A stretch of 63,217 bases of DNA, filler included, from an uncultured bacterium (lineage in GTDB: Bacteria > DYJV01), in NCBI GenBank assembly GCA_964543655.1. It is 4 parts of 4 records of this genome, joined end to end, with 100 filler letters (N's around TTAATTAATTAA, not from the genome) between each part and the next. Parts side by side here need not be neighbours in the genome. Positions count along the whole stretch, not along the records: positions 1 to 22,863 come from CAZIZE010000035.1; positions 22,964 to 49,316 come from CAZIZE010000037.1; 2 more parts are not named here. One strand, given 5' to 3'. Shown here piece by piece: positions 22,111-29,993 of the stretch. Under the pieces are notes generated by a model. The model ran no database searches. It was not told the origin of the DNA and saw nothing but the letters and a program-made list of their open reading frames with translations. Both the position numbers and the translations under genes were made by a program. Position 1 is the stretch's first letter. Every line of letters begins with the position of its first letter.

Positions 22111-22184
22111 ATACAAAACCAACCTATAATCAAGAGAATTTTCAGGCTAAAACCCTGAAAATAACAGCTTTTGTGCTAAATAAA
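22111..22184 (+). repeat. Family B end fragment with degenerate REP-like unit
   Basis: ATACAAAACCAA TIR then ~35 nt homologous to 218-250; 22152-22184 matches 63185-63217 at 29/33. Confidence 0.55.
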
Positions 22185-22203
22185 ACACTTGTTAAAAAAA
22201 TTA

Positions 22204-22403
22204 AGACCTTTGCACAGTATCTTTAGTGATATGCTAAAATTTTTATTTGATAATAATAACTTATGGATTCTTCAGTCGCTACGCTCTTTCAGAATGACCT
22301 CAAAAAGTCATTCTGAGCAAAGCGAAGAATCCATTATAAATAGTTACTTTTATTTACTTATCTATTGGATCAATTTTTACCATTTTTTACTGTGCAAAGG
22401 TCT
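22204..22403 (+). mobile_element. MITE family A, copy 1 (200 bp)
   Basis: Perfect 16-bp TIR AGACCTTTGCACAGTA/TACTGTGCAAAGGTCT, TTAA at both junctions, internal inverted REP-like doublet. Confidence 0.85.
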
Positions 22404-22404
22404 T

Positions 22405-22497
22405 AACCTTGATGTAATTATTGCGGTTGGTTGTCGTGTAAATTCTAAAAAAGCTACCCAATTTAGAATATGGGCAACTCAAGTGTTAAAAAAATAA
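22405..22497 (+). pseudogene. RhuM-family protein remnant
   Basis: NLDVIIAVGCRVNSKKATQFRIWATQVLK matches the RhuM signature YNLDxIIxVGYRVxSxxxTQFRxWA; no own start, early stop. Confidence 0.75.
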
Positions 22498-22570
22498 TTG
22501 ATATATTTTTGCAGTTGCTATATATAATAAGTTAAAGATTCAAGGTTGAAAAAAGGTTTTATACAAATAA

Positions 22571-22770
22571 AGACCTTTGCACAGTAAAAAATGGTAAAAA
22601 TTAATCCAATAGATAAGTAAATAAAAGTAACTATTTATAATGGATTCTTCGCTTTGCTCAGAATGACTTTTTGGAGTCATTCTGAAGGAGCGTAGCGACT
22701 GAAGAATCCATAAACTATTAATATTAAAAGAAAAATTTACCATATTAATAGAAATACCGTGCAAAGGTCT
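22571..22770 (-). mobile_element. MITE family A, copy 2 (200 bp, inverted relative to copy 1)
   Basis: TIRs AGACCTTTGCACAGTA / TACCGTGCAAAGGTCT; highly similar reverse complement of 22204-22403. Confidence 0.85.
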
Positions 22771-22863
22771 TAAGCTTTTTAATTTGAAATAACATCTATA
22801 ATATTTCAAAAACTTTGAACTTTGAACCGATAACTGTAAACTATTTAAGGGCTTCAGCCCGAA
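22771..22863. repeat. Family B partial copy, bounded by MITE A and the contig end
   Basis: 22771-22856 is an exact reverse complement of 243-328; contains GGGCTTCAGCCC hairpin. Confidence 0.75.
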
Positions 22864-22963
22864 NNNNNNNNNNNNNNNNNNNNNNNNNNNNNNNNNNNNN
22901 NNNNNNNTTAATTAATTAANNNNNNNNNNNNNNNNNNNNNNNNNNNNNNNNNNNNNNNNNNNN
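22864..22963. other. Artificial contig-joining linker
   Basis: N44-TTAATTAATTAA-N44, stops in all six frames. Confidence 0.97.
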
Positions 22964-23076
22964 TTGGAATTATCTGAGATTTTAATTTGTTTTAAACTTT
23001 TGTCCCAGTAAATAACACAGTTTTTAATTAACTTTTTATCCTCAGGGTTAAAGAAGTATCTGCATTTTATTTTCAT
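22964..23076 (-). CDS. N-terminus of a gene truncated by the gap (possibly amidohydrolase-like)
   Basis: AAGGAG SD, ATG 23076, open to the gap: MKIKCRYFFNPEDKKLIKNCVIYWDK; family call is weak. Confidence 0.45.
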
Positions 23077-23162
23077 TTTTAACTCCTTGATTGACATTAA
23101 GTGAGTCACCATATATAATAAAAATTCAAAAACTAAAAGGATTCTTATTGTGATAAAAAAAA

Positions 23163-23273
23163 ATTTCAATACCTGTTATCGCTGCAAGATTATTGAATCC
23201 TATGCTTACAGGTGGAGCAATGGCTTTTAGCTCAGAATCAGTTGCAACAATTACTTTGAGGTTAAAAAGGTAA
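23163..23273 (+). pseudogene. C-terminal remnant of a heavy-metal P1B-type ATPase (CopA-like)
   Basis: Translates ISIPVIAARLLNPMLTGGAMAFSSESVATITLRLKR*, resembling the IPxAAG-LNPxxAGAAMAFSSVSVVxNALRL end of CopA. Confidence 0.7.
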
Positions 23274-23296
23274 AAATTTTTTGAATAAACCTTTAC

Positions 23297-23325
23297 TTGA
23301 CTTTTGCTCAAAACCTTGATAAAAG
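23297..23325 (+). promoter_or_regulatory. Sigma70 promoter for tRNA-Ser
   Basis: TTGACT (23297-23302), 17 nt, TAAAAG preceded by TGn. Confidence 0.5.
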
Positions 23326-23339
23326 CGGGAATCCTTGAT

Positions 23340-23432
23340 GGAGAGGTGTCCGAGTCTGGCTGAAGGAGCACGATTGGAAATCGTGTGTAGGGGCTAAATC
23401 CTCTACCGCGGGTTCGAATCCCGCCCTCTCCG
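23340..23432 (+). tRNA. tRNA-Ser(GGA), CCA not encoded
   Basis: GGAGAGG/CCTCTCC acceptor stem, CACGA-TTGGAAA-TCGTG anticodon arm, long variable arm, GGTTCGAATCC. Confidence 0.97.
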
Positions 23433-23533
23433 TTTCTGAACTTTAATGGATATTCCCAATATATGCAATTTTACTTTTGAAAGAGAGTCAGGCGTCATAT
23501 ATTATCAAATTAGAGGTTGTGAAAATTGCAATC

Positions 23534-24241
23534 TCATAGGTTTTTTGAGAGATTCTCTTTGATAAAAATATTCTCAAAAATTTCTGTTTTTTGTTGGATT
23601 TCTATCTTTATTTTAAGAACTTCTTCTTTAATGATTCTATAAGTTTTATTTAATATAAGAAAATTTAGATAATTTTCTGTTAAATTTGGTACATAACATT
23701 TGAGAATTGTTTTTTTCACATCATCAGGTGTTATTAAAGAATTCTCTGATTTATCTAAAATTTTCTTCAATATTTCAAATCTATGAACATTTTTATGAGA
23801 AAAATTTTTCCCAATAATATCCATTCCAACAACTGTTATTACAATATCAGTAAATTCTGGAATCATAGGCTCATAATATTCATAAGCTTTAAGAGATTTA
23901 CCTTTTGAGCCATCAGCTTCAATTAGTATTAAAGAAAAAATTTCAGAAAGTTTTTTTATATTTTCAATTTGTAATGGTAAAATCTTATTTTCAGAGCTAA
24001 CTTTGCTCCCTGCAATAATAATAGGCTCATTTGATTTTGCTAATTTTTTGAAATTGTTCTCTAAATAAACAGGAAACTTTGTAGTATACAAAATTTTAGC
24101 TGTTGTGGTTATTAAAACTCTTTTTTTAAAAGTATTAGCATAATATTCAGCAAGCGAGTAAATGAGAGTGGTTTTACCACCACTACCAATTACTGAAATA
24201 ATATTATTTGGTTTTCTGAAATAGTTAAAAATTGATTTCAT
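23534..24241 (-). CDS. yqeC: Selenium-dependent molybdenum hydroxylase accessory protein YqeC
   Basis: VIGSGGKTT, ITTTAKI, IEADGSKGKSLK, EP..P, VHR motifs; start taken at ATG 24241. Confidence 0.85.
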   Translation of the reverse strand: MKSIFNYFRKPNNIISVIGSGGKTTLIYSLAEYYANTFKKRVLITTTAKILYTTKFPVYLENNFKKLAKSNEPIIIAGSKVSSENKILPLQIENIKKLSEIFSLILIEADGSKGKSLKAYEYYEPMIPEFTDIVITVVGMDIIGKNFSHKNVHRFEILKKILDKSENSLITPDDVKKTILKCYVPNLTENYLNFLILNKTYRIIKEEVLKIKIEIQQKTEIFENIFIKENLSKNL

Positions 24242-24292
24242 AATTTTAAATTGTAAATTTTGTGTAAATTTTTTCCTATATTCAATATTCAA

Positions 24293-24321
24293 TTGATTTT
24301 TTAACAAAATAGATGTATAAT
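24293..24321 (+). promoter_or_regulatory. Sigma70 promoter of the GGDEF-EAL gene
   Basis: TTGATT (24293-24298), 17 nt, TATAAT (24316-24321). Confidence 0.6.
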
Positions 24322-24333
24322 TCTTTTTAGACT

Positions 24334-26808
24334 ATGAATGCAATTATTAATTTTGAAGAAATTATTAGAGCAGTAGAGAAGCACCCACATATCTGTTTTC
24401 TTGTTTTTCAAAATAAAATTGTATATGCTAATAAAGCTTTTGAAAATTTTACTGGCTACTCTGAAAATGAATTAGCAAAATTAAATATTTTTGAATTATT
24501 ACCTAAAGCATTTCATATAAAAGTTCAAGATTTTTTTAATACCACTTTTAAAAATGATTATATCTTTTACAATTATAAAGAATTACCAATTATAAAAAAG
24601 GATGGTTCTTTAATCAACTGCTTGGTATTTTTTTCTAAAATAACCTACAATTCCAATCCTGCACTTCTTTTAATTGCAGTTGATATTACAAGTCAAAAAA
24701 ATTTAGAACGTACAAGAGATTTAATCTCTGACACTACAAAGCTTATTTCCTCTGCTGAAACAGAAGAAATATTTCTATCTAAACTATGTGATATTTTAAA
24801 AAAAGTATATGGTGATGATTATATCTGTTTTGGTAAAATAAATTTTGACCAAAATTTTATTTCTCCATACTGTGGTATTGGTTACAATGTTCCATTAGAA
24901 ATATTTGGTGATAGAGAAAAAGTTATAGAAAATTTTAATGCAAATAAAATTGTAGTAAATTATAATAAAGAGCTTTTTAAAAAATTTAACAATATTATAC
25001 CAATAAAGTTTTTCTCAGTTTGTGCTATTCCAATTAAAGTAGAAAATAGAGTTGAATATGTTTTAACAATATTTTCACCTTTTGTTAATTGTTTTAATGA
25101 AAATGAAATAAAGATTTTGGGCTCTTTAAAAGAAACAATTGAATTTGGCATAGATAAAGTTCATAAAGATAGAAATATAACCATTCTTTATAAAGCATTG
25201 GAAAATAGTCCAGATTGGGTTTTGATTACAGATAGCAATGGGTCAATTATTTATGCAAACAAAACAGTTGAAAGATTAACAGGATATTCTAAAGAAGAGC
25301 TTTTAGGCCAGAATCCAAGAATACTTAAATCTGGTGAATATGGTAAAGATTTCTACAACAAAATGTGGCAAACTTTACAAGCTGGTAAGCCATTTAGCTG
25401 TGTAATTATCAATAAAAATAAAGAGGGTAAATTATTTAAAGTAGAGCATCTATTAATACCTGTAAAAATAGGTGATAAAATCACTCATTATGTTGCTCTT
25501 GGCAAAGATTTAACAAGAGAAGAAAAGTTAGAAGGCGAGGTTTACAAATTAAAATTTCATGATGCTCTAACAGGAGTTTTTAATAGATACGGTTTTATTT
25601 TTGAGGTTAATAACAGAGTAAAAACTTTGAATAAAGATGAAGTTGGATTGTTAATTTTAATAGATATATTTAATTTTTCCCATATAAATAAAATTTATTC
25701 AGACCAGGTAGGCGATGAACTGCTCATTGATATTGCTAAACTTCTTGAAAATATCTACTACAATGCAATTGTAGCAAAAACAGGTGGTGATGAGTTTGGA
25801 GTTTTTTTAAATGTGAAAAGAGATGATATTATAAAATTTATAGAAAGTGTGGTGGAACTTTTTAAAATTTCAAAATTTTCATCAAAAGATGTATCTGTTA
25901 GTATTAATCTTGGAGCTTCTATTTATCCTGATGATTCATCTAATATAAACACCCTTATAAATAATGCAAGGACTGCTTTAAACATAGCCAAAAATCAAGG
26001 GGAAAATCATTATGCTATTTTCAATAAAGATATTGAAGAAAAGATAAAAACAGAGCGAAAAACCAAAGAGCTTATAGTCTCTGCTCTTGAGAATGACTGG
26101 TTTGAAATATTTTTGCAACCATACTTCCATATTGCTAACTCATCTCTTGCAGGTTTTGAAGCATTGCTTAGAATTAACCATCCAGAAAGAGGAATTTTAT
26201 CACCATACTACTTTATTGATGCACTTGAAGAGTCAGACTTTATTTTTGAAGTAGAAAAAAGGATTATAAAAAAAATAACTTCAATAATATCTTCATGGTT
26301 AAAAAAAGATTATCCTGTTAAGCCTATATCAATTAATCTTACAGCAAAAAGTTTTAAACAGATTGAAGTTATAGATTATCTTATTAATAATGTTAAAAAT
26401 TTTAATAATAATTTTATCAACCTTGAAATAACTGAGCGACTTTATCTTGAAGAGCCTGAATATTCAAAGAAAGCCATAGATAGATTAAGAACTTATGGTA
26501 TAAAAATATCTCTTGATGATTTTGGTACAGGCTATTCCTCCTTATCTTATTTAACAGAAATTCCTATTGATTACATAAAAATTGATATTTCATTTGTTAG
26601 AAAATTTCTCAAAGATAAAAAAACTTATAGTATAATAGAAGCTATTCTAACTCTTGCTAAAAAATTAAAAATGATGACAATTGCTGAGGGTGTTGAAGAA
26701 AAAGCACAATTACAAGAGTTAAAAAAATTAGGTTGCGATATTGCTCAAGGTTATCTATTTGCCAAACCGTGCCCTGTTTCTGAAGCTGAAAAATTTCTCT
26801 TTAACTAA
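24334..26808 (+). CDS. PAS-GAF-PAS-GGDEF-EAL diguanylate cyclase/phosphodiesterase
   Basis: Two PAS (TGYSxxEL), HDALTG, GGDEF, EALLR, EITE, DDFGTGYSSL, EGVE, QGY. Confidence 0.93.
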   Translation: MNAIINFEEIIRAVEKHPHICFLVFQNKIVYANKAFENFTGYSENELAKLNIFELLPKAFHIKVQDFFNTTFKNDYIFYNYKELPIIKKDGSLINCLVFFSKITYNSNPALLLIAVDITSQKNLERTRDLISDTTKLISSAETEEIFLSKLCDILKKVYGDDYICFGKINFDQNFISPYCGIGYNVPLEIFGDREKVIENFNANKIVVNYNKELFKKFNNIIPIKFFSVCAIPIKVENRVEYVLTIFSPFVNCFNENEIKILGSLKETIEFGIDKVHKDRNITILYKALENSPDWVLITDSNGSIIYANKTVERLTGYSKEELLGQNPRILKSGEYGKDFYNKMWQTLQAGKPFSCVIINKNKEGKLFKVEHLLIPVKIGDKITHYVALGKDLTREEKLEGEVYKLKFHDALTGVFNRYGFIFEVNNRVKTLNKDEVGLLILIDIFNFSHINKIYSDQVGDELLIDIAKLLENIYYNAIVAKTGGDEFGVFLNVKRDDIIKFIESVVELFKISKFSSKDVSVSINLGASIYPDDSSNINTLINNARTALNIAKNQGENHYAIFNKDIEEKIKTERKTKELIVSALENDWFEIFLQPYFHIANSSLAGFEALLRINHPERGILSPYYFIDALEESDFIFEVEKRIIKKITSIISSWLKKDYPVKPISINLTAKSFKQIEVIDYLINNVKNFNNNFINLEITERLYLEEPEYSKKAIDRLRTYGIKISLDDFGTGYSSLSYLTEIPIDYIKIDISFVRKFLKDKKTYSIIEAILTLAKKLKMMTIAEGVEEKAQLQELKKLGCDIAQGYLFAKPCPVSEAEKFLFN

Positions 26809-27601
26809 GGAAAATATTTTTTAACTTTTTTTGATGCTCATAATCAATTCCTAATCCTCTATAAAAATATTCCTCAATTGAGCCATAAAGCTTTTCCATT
26901 TCATCAAATGCAGCTAATAGATACTCTTTTTTTACACCAATAATGGCTAATGCTGTTTCTTTTTTGCCACCCTTTGATACAAAGTTATCAATCAACTTCT
27001 GATAAAGAGGAATTATATACTGATTGCTTTTAAGATAATCATTTAAAACATCGTCCAGAGAAACACCAAGCAGTGTTAACAATGCTGCTGTAAGCCAGCC
27101 AGTTCTATCTTTGCCAGTTGTACAATGATAGAGGGCAGGTAAGCTATTTTCTTTTGCAATTTGTAAAAAAAATTTTCTCAAACCTGTTTTTGCACTTGGC
27201 AAAGTAATAAATTGACGATAAGAATTGCAAAAAAATTCTTCTACTTCCTCTTCTTTAAACTTAATATCAGCTTTATCTGGATTTTTTAAATAGTATTCTA
27301 ATTGTGCTGGAGCCATCTGAGTAAAATCTGATAGTAAATCTAAAATCACATAAGTAACATCTGGAGGAAGCTCTGTTTGATAATTTTCTCGCTCTTTTAA
27401 TGTTCTTAAATCAAAGATATATTTTAAACTCAGTGATGATAAGGCTTTCATATCGCTACTGCTTAAATTTATTAATTGATTAGAGCGATACAACAGCCCT
27501 CTTTTGACAGTTGCGCCATTACTATTTTTATACCCACCAATATCTCTAAGATTAGGTACACTTCTGATTCCTATACTTTCACCTAAACAATCTCTTTCCA
27601 T
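26801..27601 (-). CDS. Tyrosine-protein phosphatase (Y_phosphatase3 family)
   Basis: NLRDIGG, LYRS, DLR, HCTTGKDRTG P-loop, DYLKSN. Confidence 0.92.
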   Translation of the reverse strand: MERDCLGESIGIRSVPNLRDIGGYKNSNGATVKRGLLYRSNQLINLSSSDMKALSSLSLKYIFDLRTLKERENYQTELPPDVTYVILDLLSDFTQMAPAQLEYYLKNPDKADIKFKEEEVEEFFCNSYRQFITLPSAKTGLRKFFLQIAKENSLPALYHCTTGKDRTGWLTAALLTLLGVSLDDVLNDYLKSNQYIIPLYQKLIDNFVSKGGKKETALAIIGVKKEYLLAAFDEMEKLYGSIEEYFYRGLGIDYEHQKKLKNIFLS

Positions 27602-27603
27602 TT

Positions 27604-28854
27604 CTATTTCCTAATATGTCCATTACCAAAAATAATAAATTTTGTAGTAGTTAGCTCTTCAAGCCCCATTGGGCCAAAAGCATGCAGTTTTGTGGTACTA
27701 ATGCCAATTTCAGCACCAAGCCCAAGCTCTCCACCATCATTAAAACGTGTGGAAGCATTAACAAATACAGCACTTGAATTAATTTCCTCAATAAATTTCA
27801 TAGCATTTGCATAATTTGATGTAATAATTGAATCTGTATGATCAGATCCAAAAGTCTGTATATGCTCAATTGCATCTTCAATACTTGAAACTATCTTTAT
27901 GGAAAGTATTAGATCAAGATATTCTGTATCCCAATCTTCATCTGTTGCTTCTAAAATATCTCTGGTAATTTGTAAACATTTTTTGCACCCTCTCACTTCA
28001 ACACCTGCTTTTTTCAAATCCTCAACAATTTCTGGAAGAAAAGATTCAGCTATTTTCTCATTAATTAATAAAGTTTCAAGAGCATTGCAAACTCCTGGCC
28101 TTTGTGCTTTTGAGTTGATAATTATATCAGATGCTGTTTTATAATCTTCAATCTCAGAATCAACATAAATGTGACAAACTCCTTTATAATGTTTTATAAC
28201 TGGAATTGTTGAATTTTCAACAACTTTTCTTATTAACCCCTCTTTACCACGTGGTATTACAAGGTCTATATATTCATCAAGTTTTAAAATTTCATCTATA
28301 GCAGCTCTGTCAGTAGTTGGAAATACCTGTACTGTTTCAGCTGGAATATCAGTATTTTCAAGAGCTTCATGAATAACAGTAGCAAGAGCTCTATTAGAAT
28401 AGAACGCTTCTTTACCACCTCTAAGAACCACTGCATTACCTGATTTTAAACAAAGTGCTCCAGCATCCACAACAACATTTGGCCTTGATTCAAAAATCAT
28501 ACAGATAACACCAAGAGGTATTCTTTTTTTACCAACTTCAAGGCCGTTTGGCCTTTTCCACATTCTCACAACTTCACCAACAGGATCTGGAAGATTGATT
28601 ATATCATTTACACCTTTTATCATTGAATCTATTATCTTATCAGAGAGAGTTAATCTATCAATCATTGCTGAGGATAAACCAGCTTCTTTTGCATTTTCAA
28701 GATCTTTTTTATTTTCACTTTGGATAAAACTCCTTTTTTTATCAAGGTACTCTGCTACTAACCCCAATGCTTTATTTTTCTCATTTGTTGTTGCTTTTGC
28801 TATTTTAAAACTTGCTTTTTTAGCATTTTTAGCAATATTAATTATTTCACTCAT
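27604..28854 (-). CDS. proA: Gamma-glutamyl phosphate reductase
   Basis: FESRPNV, CNALETLL, NASTRF, GAEIGISTTKLHAFGPMGL. Confidence 0.97.
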   Translation of the reverse strand: MSEIINIAKNAKKASFKIAKATTNEKNKALGLVAEYLDKKRSFIQSENKKDLENAKEAGLSSAMIDRLTLSDKIIDSMIKGVNDIINLPDPVGEVVRMWKRPNGLEVGKKRIPLGVICMIFESRPNVVVDAGALCLKSGNAVVLRGGKEAFYSNRALATVIHEALENTDIPAETVQVFPTTDRAAIDEILKLDEYIDLVIPRGKEGLIRKVVENSTIPVIKHYKGVCHIYVDSEIEDYKTASDIIINSKAQRPGVCNALETLLINEKIAESFLPEIVEDLKKAGVEVRGCKKCLQITRDILEATDEDWDTEYLDLILSIKIVSSIEDAIEHIQTFGSDHTDSIITSNYANAMKFIEEINSSAVFVNASTRFNDGGELGLGAEIGISTTKLHAFGPMGLEELTTTKFIIFGNGHIRK

Positions 28855-28869
28855 AAGTACCTCCTTTTC

Positions 28870-29991
28870 TTATTTTCTAATTACAAGGTTATCTCTGTGA
28901 ATAACTTCATCTGCATATTTGTAGCCAAGTATCCCTTTGATTTCATGTGAATCATGCTTTCTTATCTTTCTTATATCCTCTGATGAGTAGTAGGTAATAC
29001 CTTTGGCTATAAATTTACCATTTTTATCAATACATTTTACAATATCTCCCTCTTCAAATTTGCCATTTACTTCTACTATTCCAACAGGAAGCAGGCTTTT
29101 ACCTTTCTTTGTAATTGCTTTTACTGCACCATCATCTATAATTAACTCTCCTTTGCTTTTTGCACTATAGAAAATCCAAAATTTTTTAGATTTTAATTTT
29201 TCCTTTTTTGGATAGAAAAAGGTGCCATATTGCTCACCAGATAAAACCTTATCCACAATCCCCTCAATTTTACCATTTGCAATAATTACTGGAATACCAA
29301 GGCTTGTAGCTTTATCTGCTGCATTTAATTTAGATAGCATTCCTCCTGAGCCAAGGCGACTTTTTGTGGTATGTGCAAGCTTCATTATATTTTCATCAAC
29401 CTTTTCAACAGATGATATAAGCTCACAGCAACTATTATCCCTTGGATTACCATTGTAAAATCCATCAATATCAGTGAGTAGAAGCAAAAGATCCGCATTG
29501 AAAAGCCCGGCAAAAAGTGCTGAGAGCTGGTCATTGTCGCCAAATTTTATTTCATTAATAACAATACTATCATTTTCATTAACAATAGGGATAACATTAA
29601 GTGATAGTAAAGTCTCTATATTTTCTTTGATATTTAAAAATCTTTTTCTATTTTTAAAATCATCATGAGTTAATAATAGTTGTGCCACTTTTTTATTAAA
29701 TTGTTGGAAAGCTTTTTTGTAGCTCTCCATTAAAATTATCTGTCCAACTGAAGCATATGCCTGCTTTTCTCTGAGATTTTTGGGCTCTCTGCCAAACTCT
29801 CCAACACCACATGCAACAGCTCCTGAGGTTACAACAGTTATTTTATAACCTTTATTAACAAACAAGGATATACTCTGTGCAAGTTTTTCAATAACTTTTT
29901 CATCAAGTTTCCCAGAGTTATCAGTAACAACAGCACTGCCACATTTAATAACTATTCGTTTATAATTTTTTATAAATTTTCTTCTTTCCAT
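28870..29991 (-). CDS. proB: Glutamate 5-kinase
   Basis: VIKCGS, TSGAV, NEND, FGDND, GGMLSK, C-terminal PUA domain. Confidence 0.97.
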   Translation of the reverse strand: MERRKFIKNYKRIVIKCGSAVVTDNSGKLDEKVIEKLAQSISLFVNKGYKITVVTSGAVACGVGEFGREPKNLREKQAYASVGQIILMESYKKAFQQFNKKVAQLLLTHDDFKNRKRFLNIKENIETLLSLNVIPIVNENDSIVINEIKFGDNDQLSALFAGLFNADLLLLLTDIDGFYNGNPRDNSCCELISSVEKVDENIMKLAHTTKSRLGSGGMLSKLNAADKATSLGIPVIIANGKIEGIVDKVLSGEQYGTFFYPKKEKLKSKKFWIFYSAKSKGELIIDDGAVKAITKKGKSLLPVGIVEVNGKFEEGDIVKCIDKNGKFIAKGITYYSSEDIRKIRKHDSHEIKGILGYKYADEVIHRDNLVIRK

Positions 29992-29993
29992 CT

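Noticed and set aside
22189..22497. 102-aa ORF and its near-twin 89-aa ORF at 22540-22809
   Set aside because: Their similarity comes from translating two inverted MITE copies; only the last ~30 codons of the first ORF (RhuM) look like real protein.
22204..22770. Possible CRISPR array or integron attC sites
   Set aside because: The repeats are inverted, 200 bp long and not regularly spaced with unique spacers; no cas or integrase genes are nearby.
22864..22963. Repeated TTAATTAATTAA palindrome (also 49361-49372 and 60942-60953)
   Set aside because: Identical N44-12mer-N44 layout each time: an assembly linker, not biology. ORFs ending in it are artificially terminated.
23126..23371. 81-aa minus-strand ORF
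   Set aside because: Overlaps tRNA-Ser and lies antisense to the CopA-like remnant.
23340..23432. tRNA-Ser or tRNA-Phe as an island attachment site; long-armed tRNA as tRNA-Sec
   Set aside because: No duplicated tRNA 3' end or integrase was seen; the anticodon is GGA with a normal 7-bp acceptor stem.
23446..23562. 38-codon ORF MDIPNICNF...GCENC after tRNA-Ser
   Set aside because: No SD, no recognisable family, and it overlaps the yqeC end; cannot be supported.
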